Assembly (NCBI GenBank): GCA_030647205.1 | Contig: JAUSJO010000005.1 | Location: 10,523-74,522, forward strand | Length of the DNA: 64,000 bases | Origin: a bacterium | GTDB taxonomy: Bacteria; Patescibacteriota; CPR2; UBA1875; JAJYID01 | Direction: 5' to 3' | In this document: positions 21,927 through 30,906 of the stretch, one piece after another | How positions within the stretch are numbered: position 1 is the first letter of the stretch | How the letters are laid out: each line of letters opens with the position of its first letter | Program-made: the position numbers and the translations under genes | The notes under the pieces: generated by a model | What the model was told of the DNA's origin: nothing | What the model saw: only the letters and a program-made list of their open reading frames with translations | Database searches by the model: none

Positions 21927-22277
21927 ATGTTAGCACTACTAGCACAAGCAACTGATGACTTTACAAACACAACGATTGACACAACAAATAGCGCGGCCGC
22001 AACCGGAGTTATTGCCGGCTTGGGGATTTTGTGGCTTGTATTTATGCTTATTTGGCTTGTCACCACTGTATTCTCAATATGGATGTTCATTGATGCTTTG
22101 ATAAGAAAGGATGAAGATTTTGCGACCGGCAGTAAGGTCATGTGGGCTCTTCTGATTTTCTTCTTCAACTTTATCCCTGCCATAATCTATTTCTTTATGG
22201 TAAAGAAAAAGTCAGGACAGAACGGCGGAACAAGTACCCCAACACAAAGTACTGGTGGAACGGACGCTCCCGCTTAA
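21927..22277 (+). CDS. PLDc_N-like small membrane protein, tandem paralog 1
   Basis: AGGAGGTGA RBS, with the ATG 5 nt downstream; the ORF track's GTG at 21918 lies inside the RBS. The motif region reads SIWMFIDALIRKDEDF...KVMWALLIFFFNFIPAIIYFFMVKKKSG. Confidence 0.6.
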   Translation: MLALLAQATDDFTNTTIDTTNSAAATGVIAGLGILWLVFMLIWLVTTVFSIWMFIDALIRKDEDFATGSKVMWALLIFFFNFIPAIIYFFMVKKKSGQNGGTSTPTQSTGGTDAPA

Positions 22278-22392
22278 TTAGATTTGAATTTAAAAGGAAT
22301 CTTCGGGCACGATCCTGAAGGTTCTTTTTATTTTGTTTTAAACCTAGCTCCTTTTTGTTAAAATAAAAGCATAGAGGAAGGAGGTGAGCAAT

Positions 22393-22710
22393 ATGTTAGC
22401 ACTAGCACAAACTGCAAATACAGCAGATACCATGAGCGCAGAACAAGGAATGGCGCTTTTTGCCGGTTTTGGTATTTTGATAGTAGTTATGTTGTTGATA
22501 GCTTTAGTTACATTTGTATTTAGTATTTGGATGATAGTTGATGCGTTCAACAGAAAAGAAGAGGATTTTGCATCGTTAGGCAAAACAGCATGGATTATTA
22601 TTTTGGGTGCAGGAATTTTCCTTGGTTATGGTCTTATTGCCTCAGTAATTTATTTTTTAGTTATAAAGAGGAAATCAGGGAAAACCACCGAGACAAGTTC
22701 TCCAAAGTAG
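22393..22710 (+). CDS. PLDc_N-like small membrane protein, tandem paralog 2
   Basis: Same RBS, with ATGTTAGCACTAG as in paralog 1. The motif region reads SIWMIVDAFNRKEEDF...KTAWIIILGAGIFLGYGLIASVIYFLVIKRKSGK. A terminator-like hairpin plus T-run follows each copy. Confidence 0.6.
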   Translation: MLALAQTANTADTMSAEQGMALFAGFGILIVVMLLIALVTFVFSIWMIVDAFNRKEEDFASLGKTAWIIILGAGIFLGYGLIASVIYFLVIKRKSGKTTETSSPK

Positions 22711-22818
22711 GAACCTCCTTCGGACACAACATCACAATAAAATCTTGAAAAGAACTCTTGTAAAATCTAGGGTTCTTTTTTAGTTATAATTTGGCGCTCA
22801 TTTTGCTACAATAGATAT

Positions 22819-24048
22819 ATGCAAAAGACACTTCTCATTATTCTCGATGGTTTGGGCGATAGGCCGGTAAAAGCATTTGGTGGGAAAACACCGCTTGAGG
22901 CAGCTAGTACGCCGAATATGGATTCTCTCGCTGCGAGTGGGGTATGTGGAGTGATGAACGCCATGCCCAAGGATCTATATCCGACCAGTGAGGAAGCCCA
23001 TCTGGCTATTCTAGGCTATGATTTTAAAGCCGACCACCCGGGGAGAGGAGTTCTGGAGGCACTCGGGATTGGAGTAAAGCTAAAACCGGATGAGCTTGTT
23101 TTTCGCGTTGACTTTGGAACGGTTGATAAAGATTTGAATTTAATAGATGCCCGTGCTGGAGTAATCGAGTCAGTGAAGGATTTATGTAAGGCAGTTGACG
23201 ATGTTGAAGTCGACGGGGTGAAATTTAAGATATATCCATCACTTTTATATAGAGGAGTAATGGTTCTAAGCGGTAATCCCGTTAAGAATTATTTGAAAAA
23301 AAGTAACAGTGCGGTTTCTGATACAGATCCTCATAAGGCGGGCCCACACAAGCTTGGTGTCAGGGTCTTGCACCCCAAATCCTTTGGCGACTCAAAGGAT
23401 GGTAAGACTGTCGCGAGAGCTCTGGAGAGATATCAGTATTTGACTCATGAGATATTAAACGAGCACAAAATCAACAAAAAAAGAGTCAAAAAAGGCAAAC
23501 TACCGGCAAACTTTATATTAACCAGAGGTGGCGGACATATAAAGGATATCGAAAGTTTTAAAGACAAATTCGGACTTAAAAGTGCTTGTATCGCCGGTGC
23601 GCCTCTGTACAAAGGCATCGCCGCTTATATGGGCATGAAAGTGATAAATGTAAAAGGAGCTACGGGCAAGCTCGATACTAGTGTTAAAGCAAAGGTAAAG
23701 GCGACTTTGAAAGCCCTGAAAAAGAACGACTTTGTTTTCCTGCATATCAAAGGTACTGATATGGCGGCCGAAGACTATGGCGATGCGAAGATGAAAAAAG
23801 AGTTTATTGAAAAAATTGACGCGTGTTTTGCGGGCTTAAATAAAGTAAAAAATGTGGTAATATCAGTAACAGGCGATCACGCAACACCATGCGAACTGAA
23901 GGACCACTCAAATGATGTGGTGCCGGTTTTGATTAGCGGTACTAGCATAAGTGATAATACGAAGAAATTTGGTGAGAGTGAGTGCGCACATGGCGGTTTG
24001 GGTCATATATACGGCAAAGATTTTATGAAAATATTACTTGGAGGGTAA
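22819..24048 (+). CDS. apgM: 2,3-bisphosphoglycerate-independent phosphoglycerate mutase, archaeal type
   Basis: N-terminus MQKTLLIILDGLGDRP...TPNMDSLAASG. Later segment ISVTGDHATP. Length is 409 aa. Confidence 0.8.
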   Translation: MQKTLLIILDGLGDRPVKAFGGKTPLEAASTPNMDSLAASGVCGVMNAMPKDLYPTSEEAHLAILGYDFKADHPGRGVLEALGIGVKLKPDELVFRVDFGTVDKDLNLIDARAGVIESVKDLCKAVDDVEVDGVKFKIYPSLLYRGVMVLSGNPVKNYLKKSNSAVSDTDPHKAGPHKLGVRVLHPKSFGDSKDGKTVARALERYQYLTHEILNEHKINKKRVKKGKLPANFILTRGGGHIKDIESFKDKFGLKSACIAGAPLYKGIAAYMGMKVINVKGATGKLDTSVKAKVKATLKALKKNDFVFLHIKGTDMAAEDYGDAKMKKEFIEKIDACFAGLNKVKNVVISVTGDHATPCELKDHSNDVVPVLISGTSISDNTKKFGESECAHGGLGHIYGKDFMKILLGG

Positions 24049-25038
24049 ATGTACGACGTTATAACATTCGGAGGAGCAACCAGAGATGTCTTTTTCAAGA
24101 CGTCAAAAGGAGTGATATTTCCTGATCCCGAAGATGAGCAGGAGAAAATGCTAGCTTTTAAATATGGAGAAAAGATTATTACCGATAATGCTTTGTTTTC
24201 ATTTGGCGGAGGGGCTTTTAATACAGCAGTTTCTCTGGCGAAAATGGGCTTAAAGGCTTCTAGTTGTATCAACATTGGCAGAGACGAGAGCGCGCATTCT
24301 ATTGTTCAGAGGCTTCAAGAAGTGGGTGTTGATACTTGTTTTGTGACGACTGATGCCCAAAATCACACCGCTTTATCCCTAATTGTAATGGACAAAAAAG
24401 ACCATCTTGCTTTCTTGCATCGCGGAGCTAACAATTTTCTAAAATTAAGCGATAAGGAACAAATTAAAAACGCAAAATGGTTCTACATCACCTCCTTGAC
24501 TGGCCAGTCGGCCAATATTTTGCCTGAGCTTGTTAATCTTGCCGCTGAAAACCATATAAAAATTGCTCTAAATCCCGGCGGCGCTCAGTTAAATGGCAAC
24601 TGCAAACAGCTCAGAGGTTTGCTGGACAAAGTTGAACTCCTGCTTTTAAACAGAGAGGAAGCAGAGGAGCTGGCCTGTAGTGAGGAAGCATGTGAAATAA
24701 TAGAAGATAATAACGTTTTGTTGCACAAGGTCCAGAAACTAGGGCCGAAAAGCGTTATTATTACAGAAGGAGAAAAGGGCAGTTACTACTCGGGTGAAGG
24801 TATGGTAAACTTTGAGCCGGCGTTTAAAAAAGACGGATTAGTTGTAGATACAACGGGGGCAGGCGATGCGTTTGGTTCGACATTTTTAGCTTGTATAATA
24901 AAAGTCATGAAGATCCCGGAGGCTCAGAAGATGGCAGCTATAAATGCTGCTCATGTGACGCAATTCATCGGGGCTCAGGACGGTCTTTTGACGGCGGAAG
25001 AAATTGGAGATAAACTAAAAGAAGTAAAGCGGGTATAA
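24049..25038 (+). CDS. PfkB-family carbohydrate kinase (ribokinase/phosphofructokinase-B fold)
   Basis: N-terminal GG motif FGGGAFNTAVSLAKMG and C-terminal DTTGAGDAFGSTFLA. Start overlaps the apgM stop (TAAATG). Confidence 0.75.
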   Translation: MYDVITFGGATRDVFFKTSKGVIFPDPEDEQEKMLAFKYGEKIITDNALFSFGGGAFNTAVSLAKMGLKASSCINIGRDESAHSIVQRLQEVGVDTCFVTTDAQNHTALSLIVMDKKDHLAFLHRGANNFLKLSDKEQIKNAKWFYITSLTGQSANILPELVNLAAENHIKIALNPGGAQLNGNCKQLRGLLDKVELLLLNREEAEELACSEEACEIIEDNNVLLHKVQKLGPKSVIITEGEKGSYYSGEGMVNFEPAFKKDGLVVDTTGAGDAFGSTFLACIIKVMKIPEAQKMAAINAAHVTQFIGAQDGLLTAEEIGDKLKEVKRV

Positions 25039-25039
25039 G

Positions 25040-25855
25040 ATGGTATTATCCAAAATTCCTACAAACACGAGATTTAAAAAGAGTATGGATCCGGGCAAGA
25101 AAAAAATACTTTTTGTTTTGGGCATTATCTTTACTTTGATTGTTATTTTTGGGATCTATAATTTGAAGAAAGTGGTACCGAGCAACAAAGAGAAAATCCC
25201 CGTCAAAATCCAGTCAGGCGACCAGCCGATGGCGAAGAAACTCACTGTCATAGTAAGCGGACCTCTAAATATCAGGAAAGATCATGACGCAAAGAGCGAG
25301 AAGGTGGGGATAATTCCTGACAAAGCAAAAGTAGAAGTTCAAGAGGAGATAGACGGTTGGTATAAGATTTCCTATAGCGGGAAAGACGGCTGGATATCAA
25401 AAAAATATGCCACCCCCGAAGATACGGCGCAGGTTGCTGCACCGGTAGATACTAATACTCAAGCGTTCCAGGGCAGCGGGTATACTTTCAAATATCCAAA
25501 AGATTGGAATATACAGAATTATCCCAAAACGGATGGCACAGTTTGGCTGGCGATAGCGAACAACCAGCTTCCGGCGGATCCGCCAACCGGTTCCTACTTT
25601 ATTCCCGTAGAGCTCAAGGTCTATCCGGCAAGCAAAAAGCCTACAGGCAGCTTCAGAACTGATGCATCGGCGAAAAAGGAGCCTGCGAACGTTGGTGGCG
25701 CAGCCGGGACGAAGTATACCTATGTAAACCAGGATACTTCAACGGAGATAAACGTTGTCGAGTTCGAACACGGCGGCGCTTTGTACGATTTCTATGATAA
25801 TGGAGGGTATTTGGAGGATTTGAACAAAATATTGGCAACGTTCACATTTCTCTAA
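25040..25855 (+). CDS. Membrane-anchored SH3b-domain protein with a conserved C-terminal domain ending in TFTFL
   Basis: TM helix ILFVLGIIFTLIVIFGIY. SH3b-like segment LNIRKDHDAKSEKVGIIPDKAKVEVQEEIDGWYKISYSGKDGWISKKY. It is a paralog of 44499..45569. Confidence 0.6.
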   Translation: MVLSKIPTNTRFKKSMDPGKKKILFVLGIIFTLIVIFGIYNLKKVVPSNKEKIPVKIQSGDQPMAKKLTVIVSGPLNIRKDHDAKSEKVGIIPDKAKVEVQEEIDGWYKISYSGKDGWISKKYATPEDTAQVAAPVDTNTQAFQGSGYTFKYPKDWNIQNYPKTDGTVWLAIANNQLPADPPTGSYFIPVELKVYPASKKPTGSFRTDASAKKEPANVGGAAGTKYTYVNQDTSTEINVVEFEHGGALYDFYDNGGYLEDLNKILATFTFL

Positions 25856-25861
25856 AAAGAT

Positions 25862-27991
25862 ATGCTTAATAATTTCTTTTCGCCGAAATCTATCGCTGTC
25901 ATTGGGGCTTCGCATAATAAAGAGAAGCTTGGTTTTTTGGTGTATGAAAATATCAGAAAGTACGGATTTAAGGGCAAGTTATACGGCGTAAATATAAAAG
26001 GCGGAAAAATTGGCACTCAGAAGCTCTATAAAAGTGTAAATGAGATTACGGGCGACGTTGATCTGGCGGTGATTGTTGTGCCGGCTATAGTCGTGCCGAG
26101 TGTTATCGAGGAATGCGGTAAAAAGGGGATTAACTCGGTCATTATCATTAGCGCGGGATTTGCGGAGACGGGAGCAAACGGCAGGAGGCTTGAAGAACAA
26201 ATAAAAGAAACCGCCCATAAATATAGTATCAGGGTACTCGGGCCAAACTGTCTGGGGATTATAGACAGCTGGTCGAAGATGAACGCATCTTTTGCCGAGA
26301 GTATGCCCGATAAGATGAATATCTCGCTATTTTCACAGTCGGGGGCTATTTGTACTGCTATTCTAGACTGGGCAAATGCCAACTGCATCGGTTTTTCGCG
26401 CTTTATTTCACTTGGAAACAAGCTGGATGTTGATGAAAATGACATTTTACGGTTTTTGGCAGAGGACGAAAAGACCGGAGTTGTCCTCGGATATCTTGAA
26501 AGCATCCATGATGGGACGGTTTTCATGTCTGCGGCAAAAAACCTGTCACTAAAAAAACCCTTCATAGTGGTAAAGTCTGGCACCACGGCGCAAGGCGCAA
26601 AAAGTATCTCTTCCCATACCGGAAGCATTGCCGGTTCTGATCTTGTGACGGACGCAGCTCTCAAAGAAAGCGGAGTGATTCGCGCCGGAAGCCTGGAGGA
26701 TCTCTTTGACCTGGCTAAAATATTTGCCTTTTCTCCTGATATGAAAGGCAAAGGCATCGCCGTTATCTCAAACGCCGGCGGACCGGCCGTAATGCTTGCG
26801 GATGCCATTAGCAAAAGCAGATTAAAGCTAGCCAGGCTTTCAGATAGGACGAGAAAAGTGCTTGAGGAAACATTGCCCCCCGAAGCAAGCGTTCACAATC
26901 CGATAGATGTGATAGGTGACGCAAGGGCTGATAGATACGAAACCGCTCTTGATGAGGTCTTAAAAGACGAAAATGTTGATGGAGTTATAGTTGTTCTTAC
27001 TCCTCAGGTAATGACGGAGATTGAAGTGACGGCGAAGCTCATTGCCGGCATGAAGGAGCGAGGTAAGCCTATCGCAGTTTGCTTTATGGGCGGGGAAAAA
27101 GTAGCTTTAGGACGGGAAATTTTGGAAGAAAAGGAAATTCCTTCATATGATTTTCCTGAAAGAGCCGTAAAAGCTCTCGAGGCGCTGCATGAATACTATG
27201 AGTTTAAGAGCCATGCTACTGGCACGCAGGGAACGTCGCGCAGGGTTCAATTCAATAAAAATAAGGCCGGGAAGATTATCCAAAAAGCATTCTCTATTAA
27301 CACCCAATATATCACTGATGGTGAGGAAAGCGCGTTTGATGTCTTTGACGCTTATGGAATAGAGACGGTAAAAAGGTCGTACGGCGTTAACTTTGACGAG
27401 CTAAAAGAAAAGTCAGATCACGTTGGATTTCCGCTGGCTGTGAAGACTTGCGCCAAAGGCGTGCTGCACAAAACGGATATTGGTGGAGTTAAGATCGGCG
27501 TTAGGAACGATGCGGAGCTTCAAAAAGCATATTTTTCTATTCGGGATAATGTCAGAAGAGCCGGATATGAGGAGGGCTCGGACAGGGTCGATGTCTATAA
27601 AATGGAAAATGACGGGGTAGAAATATTCCTGGGCGCGAAAAAAGACGCAAACTTCGGTCCGCTAATCATCTTTGGCATGGGCGGGATATTCGTAGAGGCG
27701 CTAAAAGATTTTTCATACAGAATTGCACCAGTAACGCACGCAGAAGCGAAGAAAATGATATCTGAGATAAAATCTCAGAAAGTTTTAAACGGTTTCCGGG
27801 GGATGCCGGAAGTAAACCGCGACAAACTTGCAGATGCGATAGTCGGCTTGTCGTGGCTCATGCTCGACTTTCCCGAAATTAAAGAAATAGACATAAACCC
27901 GCTTAAATGTACGGATAAAAAATGCGTGGCGGTGGACGGGAAGATTATTTTGGACTTACAGTCCTCCCATGTGCTAGAATTGATTAAATAA
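25862..27991 (+). CDS. acd: Acetate--CoA ligase (ADP-forming), fused alpha/beta subunits
   Basis: N-terminal CoA-binding segment PKSIAVIGAS...YGVN. Ligase-CoA segment ISNAGGPAVM. C-terminal ATP-grasp region. Length is 709 aa. Confidence 0.8.
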   Translation: MLNNFFSPKSIAVIGASHNKEKLGFLVYENIRKYGFKGKLYGVNIKGGKIGTQKLYKSVNEITGDVDLAVIVVPAIVVPSVIEECGKKGINSVIIISAGFAETGANGRRLEEQIKETAHKYSIRVLGPNCLGIIDSWSKMNASFAESMPDKMNISLFSQSGAICTAILDWANANCIGFSRFISLGNKLDVDENDILRFLAEDEKTGVVLGYLESIHDGTVFMSAAKNLSLKKPFIVVKSGTTAQGAKSISSHTGSIAGSDLVTDAALKESGVIRAGSLEDLFDLAKIFAFSPDMKGKGIAVISNAGGPAVMLADAISKSRLKLARLSDRTRKVLEETLPPEASVHNPIDVIGDARADRYETALDEVLKDENVDGVIVVLTPQVMTEIEVTAKLIAGMKERGKPIAVCFMGGEKVALGREILEEKEIPSYDFPERAVKALEALHEYYEFKSHATGTQGTSRRVQFNKNKAGKIIQKAFSINTQYITDGEESAFDVFDAYGIETVKRSYGVNFDELKEKSDHVGFPLAVKTCAKGVLHKTDIGGVKIGVRNDAELQKAYFSIRDNVRRAGYEEGSDRVDVYKMENDGVEIFLGAKKDANFGPLIIFGMGGIFVEALKDFSYRIAPVTHAEAKKMISEIKSQKVLNGFRGMPEVNRDKLADAIVGLSWLMLDFPEIKEIDINPLKCTDKKCVAVDGKIILDLQSSHVLELIK

Positions 27992-28003
27992 GAGGAAAGG
28001 CAC

Positions 28004-28267
28004 ATGGAGGTACAGAAAATAGAAATAAAAGGATCGGTGCTCGGTTATTATATATCTAGCTTGGCTCATATAGCTTTTGTTGTGCTTATTGCTTGGTTAT
28101 ATCGAGCCTATACACCCACTCTTAAGAATATTAGCGAAATTGTGTATGGGATTGTAGGGGTAATAGGTCTGTCAGTAATGATTGCAACACTCATTCACTA
28201 CTTGCTGTATCTTCAGAAAAAGACTAATAATCCCAAAATCCAGTTAACAAGAGATAAAAAGAAGTAG
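28004..28267 (+). CDS. Small membrane protein (2 TM)
   Basis: 87-aa ORF between acd and porA with two hydrophobic helices. Confidence 0.35.
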   Translation: MEVQKIEIKGSVLGYYISSLAHIAFVVLIAWLYRAYTPTLKNISEIVYGIVGVIGLSVMIATLIHYLLYLQKKTNNPKIQLTRDKKK

Positions 28268-28285
28268 ATTTTATTAGGAGGGTTT

Positions 28286-29353
28286 GTGGCGACTCAAACG
28301 AAAACAAATACAGTTTTGATGACCGGAAATCAGGCGGTAGTGAAGGCAGCTTTGGCTGTTGGCGCCGATATGTTTTCTGGTTACCCGATAACTCCAACAA
28401 CTGAAATTCTTCAAGAGTGGGCAAAAGAAGCTGAAAATAACAAAGATTTAATATTTCTGCAGACTGAGGACGAGCCGGCTGCCGGCTTTGTGATGATCGG
28501 TGGCGTTTCCATGGGCAAAAAGGCGTGGACAGCAACAGCAGGGGTTGGAAACGTGCTCATGCAGGATCCACTCTCTATGGCAGAAGCGATGCGGATGCCG
28601 GTGGTAACCTATATCGGCCAGCGTGGAGGTCCGTCAACAGGTACAGTAGTTTACTCCCAGCAAGAACTGAATTTAACAAGAATGGGCGGAAATGGTGAAG
28701 GATTACGCATAGTTTATGCGCCATGCAGTCTGCAAGAACTTTATGATTTAACGATTAAAGCTTTCAATACAGCTTGGAAATATAGATTTCCAACATTTAT
28801 CCTTTCTGACGGGTACCTAGCAAAAAGCTATGGTGAAGTGGATCTTTGGGATGTGAAGAAAAGCGATATTGTGCCGACCGAGTCAGCATTCCTGAATCCC
28901 AAAACAAGTCCGAATAATATCCGAAACTGTTTCTCCCAGGAGCCGGAACTTTATGATCAGTTACTCAAAGATTTTGATGATTTTGCTAAAATGTCAGAAG
29001 AAGTTGCAGAGTCGGAAACTCTTGGCGACAAAAAATCTCAAATACTGGTTTGCGCATGGGGTGTGGTGGCAAACTCAGCCAAAACGGCTATCGAGGAACT
29101 TCAGAGTCAAGGTATTTCGGTAAAACTATTTAGGCCTATCACGATGAGACCGTTTCCTGCGGAGGCGCTACAGAAAGCAGCTGAAGGAGTTACTGATATC
29201 CTTATTACAGAGTCGGCAAATGGGCAGTTTGGGCGTATTGTTAGAGAAACACTATACGGCGTCTCGGAAGCTGAGATCCACCGCTTATACAAGCCTGCAA
29301 TGGGTGTGATGCCGGAGGAAATACAGACTAGGATTAAGGAGATCAAAAAATGA
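28286..29353 (+). CDS. porA: 2-oxoacid (pyruvate):ferredoxin oxidoreductase, alpha subunit
   Basis: GTG start after AGGAGGG. Segments MTGNQAVVKAALAVGADMFSGYPITPTTEI and VCAWGV. Confidence 0.8.
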   Translation: MATQTKTNTVLMTGNQAVVKAALAVGADMFSGYPITPTTEILQEWAKEAENNKDLIFLQTEDEPAAGFVMIGGVSMGKKAWTATAGVGNVLMQDPLSMAEAMRMPVVTYIGQRGGPSTGTVVYSQQELNLTRMGGNGEGLRIVYAPCSLQELYDLTIKAFNTAWKYRFPTFILSDGYLAKSYGEVDLWDVKKSDIVPTESAFLNPKTSPNNIRNCFSQEPELYDQLLKDFDDFAKMSEEVAESETLGDKKSQILVCAWGVVANSAKTAIEELQSQGISVKLFRPITMRPFPAEALQKAAEGVTDILITESANGQFGRIVRETLYGVSEAEIHRLYKPAMGVMPEEIQTRIKEIKK

Positions 29354-30069
29354 AAAGCCCAAGATTTCCAGATACTATAAAAGAAGTTTCAAAACCGAGT
29401 AATTTTTGCCCCGGATGTGGCCACTCTATCATCTTAAAAGAGCTCGGTAGCCTGATGGCTGATATGAAAATCGAGAAAAAGACTGTTTTTGCGATAGATA
29501 TCGGCTGTTCGCTTCTTGCTTGGGACTACTATGACGTAGATACTTTTCAGACGCATCATGGCAGGACAACAGCGACAGCAGTGGGGATGAAAAGGGCAAA
29601 TCCTGATGCGATTATTCTAGCTTATATGGGTGATGGCGGAGGATATGCGATTGGTCTTCAAAATCTGATTCACGCCTGCTATAGAAATGAAAATATCGCC
29701 GTGATTTTAGTAAACAACACAATGTTTTCGATGACCGGCGGGCAGATGGCGCCAACGACTCTTCCCGGTGAGGTGACGGCCAGCACGCCTGATGGGGTAT
29801 TTACAGAGGATAAGCCTTTTTATGGTCCAGAGATGCTTGCAAGGATTGCCCATGATGGCGCATACATCGCACGGGCGGCTATTTCAAATCCTGGACAGAC
29901 TCAAAGCTACGTGAAAAATGCTATCCAGAATCAGATAGACGGCAAGGGCTTCTCATTTGTTGAGATTTTGTCCTATTGTCCGACAAACTGGAAAACAAAT
30001 GCTGCTGACACGATTAAGTTTTTAGAGGAAATGAAAAAGACATTTCCGGTGGGAGAAATAAAAAAATGA
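29350..30069 (+). CDS. porB: 2-oxoacid:ferredoxin oxidoreductase, beta (TPP-binding) subunit
   Basis: Segments CPGCGH and GDGGGYAIGLQNLIHA. ATGA overlap with porA. Confidence 0.8.
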   Translation: MKSPRFPDTIKEVSKPSNFCPGCGHSIILKELGSLMADMKIEKKTVFAIDIGCSLLAWDYYDVDTFQTHHGRTTATAVGMKRANPDAIILAYMGDGGGYAIGLQNLIHACYRNENIAVILVNNTMFSMTGGQMAPTTLPGEVTASTPDGVFTEDKPFYGPEMLARIAHDGAYIARAAISNPGQTQSYVKNAIQNQIDGKGFSFVEILSYCPTNWKTNAADTIKFLEEMKKTFPVGEIKK

Positions 30070-30632
30070 GAGATTTAAAGAGAATAATAGTGTCAGGTGA
30101 GGGTGGGCAGGGGATACAGGTTATATCCAAAATCCTCGCTACAGCTGCCTATATGTCAGGCAAAAAAATGCTATATGTGCCTAACTACGGTGTAGAGCAA
30201 AGAGGCGGTGCTTCACTCGGATTTGTCCAGATATCAAACGAAGAGATTGGCTTTCCCAAGTTTCAAAATGTCGATATTCTCGTGATTTTAGCAGCGCGCG
30301 CTATCCCTAGAGTCAGGGAGTATATCACAAAAGACACTCTTATTGTTCATGATGAAACTCTTGTTAGCAAAGAGAGCTTAAAAGATATACCAAATCAGAA
30401 AATATCAGTACCGGCGCTTAAAATTGCCGAAGAAAAAATGACAGGCAAGGTTATGAATATGATAGTTCTCGGATTCTTGGCGGATATAGTGGGTGGGATT
30501 AGTATTGATAGTTTAAAAGAAGCGGTAAATGAGAGGCTAGAGGGTAAATATAAGGCAAATCCTGAACTGAAACATTTCAACGAAAGAGCACTAGAGATAG
30601 GGATGGCGGGTATGAAGGAGGCATTGGTATGA
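30066..30632 (+). CDS. porG: 2-oxoacid:ferredoxin oxidoreductase, gamma subunit
   Basis: Segments IIVSGEGGQGIQVISKIL and VPNYGVEQRGG. Start overlaps the porB stop. Confidence 0.75.
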   Translation: MRDLKRIIVSGEGGQGIQVISKILATAAYMSGKKMLYVPNYGVEQRGGASLGFVQISNEEIGFPKFQNVDILVILAARAIPRVREYITKDTLIVHDETLVSKESLKDIPNQKISVPALKIAEEKMTGKVMNMIVLGFLADIVGGISIDSLKEAVNERLEGKYKANPELKHFNERALEIGMAGMKEALV

Positions 30633-30871
30633 GGGACTATAAAGGAGAAACATACTCTGATAACAAGAAAGACTGGACGAACTTTGCTGATCTTTGCAAG
30701 GGCTGTGGGCTATGTATAGAGAAATGCCCCCAAAAATGTCTTGTATTTGATACAAAAAGAACTAATCATTATGGAACCTCTACGGTTAAATGTGATATTG
30801 GCAAGTGCATCGCTTGCGGTATTTGTGAACTCAACTGCCCAGATCAGGCGATAAGGGTAGATAAGAAGTAG
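30629..30871 (+). CDS. porD: 2-oxoacid:ferredoxin oxidoreductase, delta subunit (2x[4Fe-4S] ferredoxin)
   Basis: Segments CKGCGLCIEKCP and CIACGICELNCP. Confidence 0.75.
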   Translation: MRDYKGETYSDNKKDWTNFADLCKGCGLCIEKCPQKCLVFDTKRTNHYGTSTVKCDIGKCIACGICELNCPDQAIRVDKK

Positions 30872-30906
30872 TTGTACACTTACCCGGACAATTAAATTCC
30901 GCTATA

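Noticed and set aside
26026-26814. 262-aa antisense ORF inside acd
   Set aside because: It is fully embedded opposite a well-supported conserved gene and has no start context. The antisense ORFs inside rpfB (33792..34334), HAD (37373..37912), SH3b (45174..45734), cvpA-CAP (49162..49563) and trxA (50380..50865) are rejected for the same reason.
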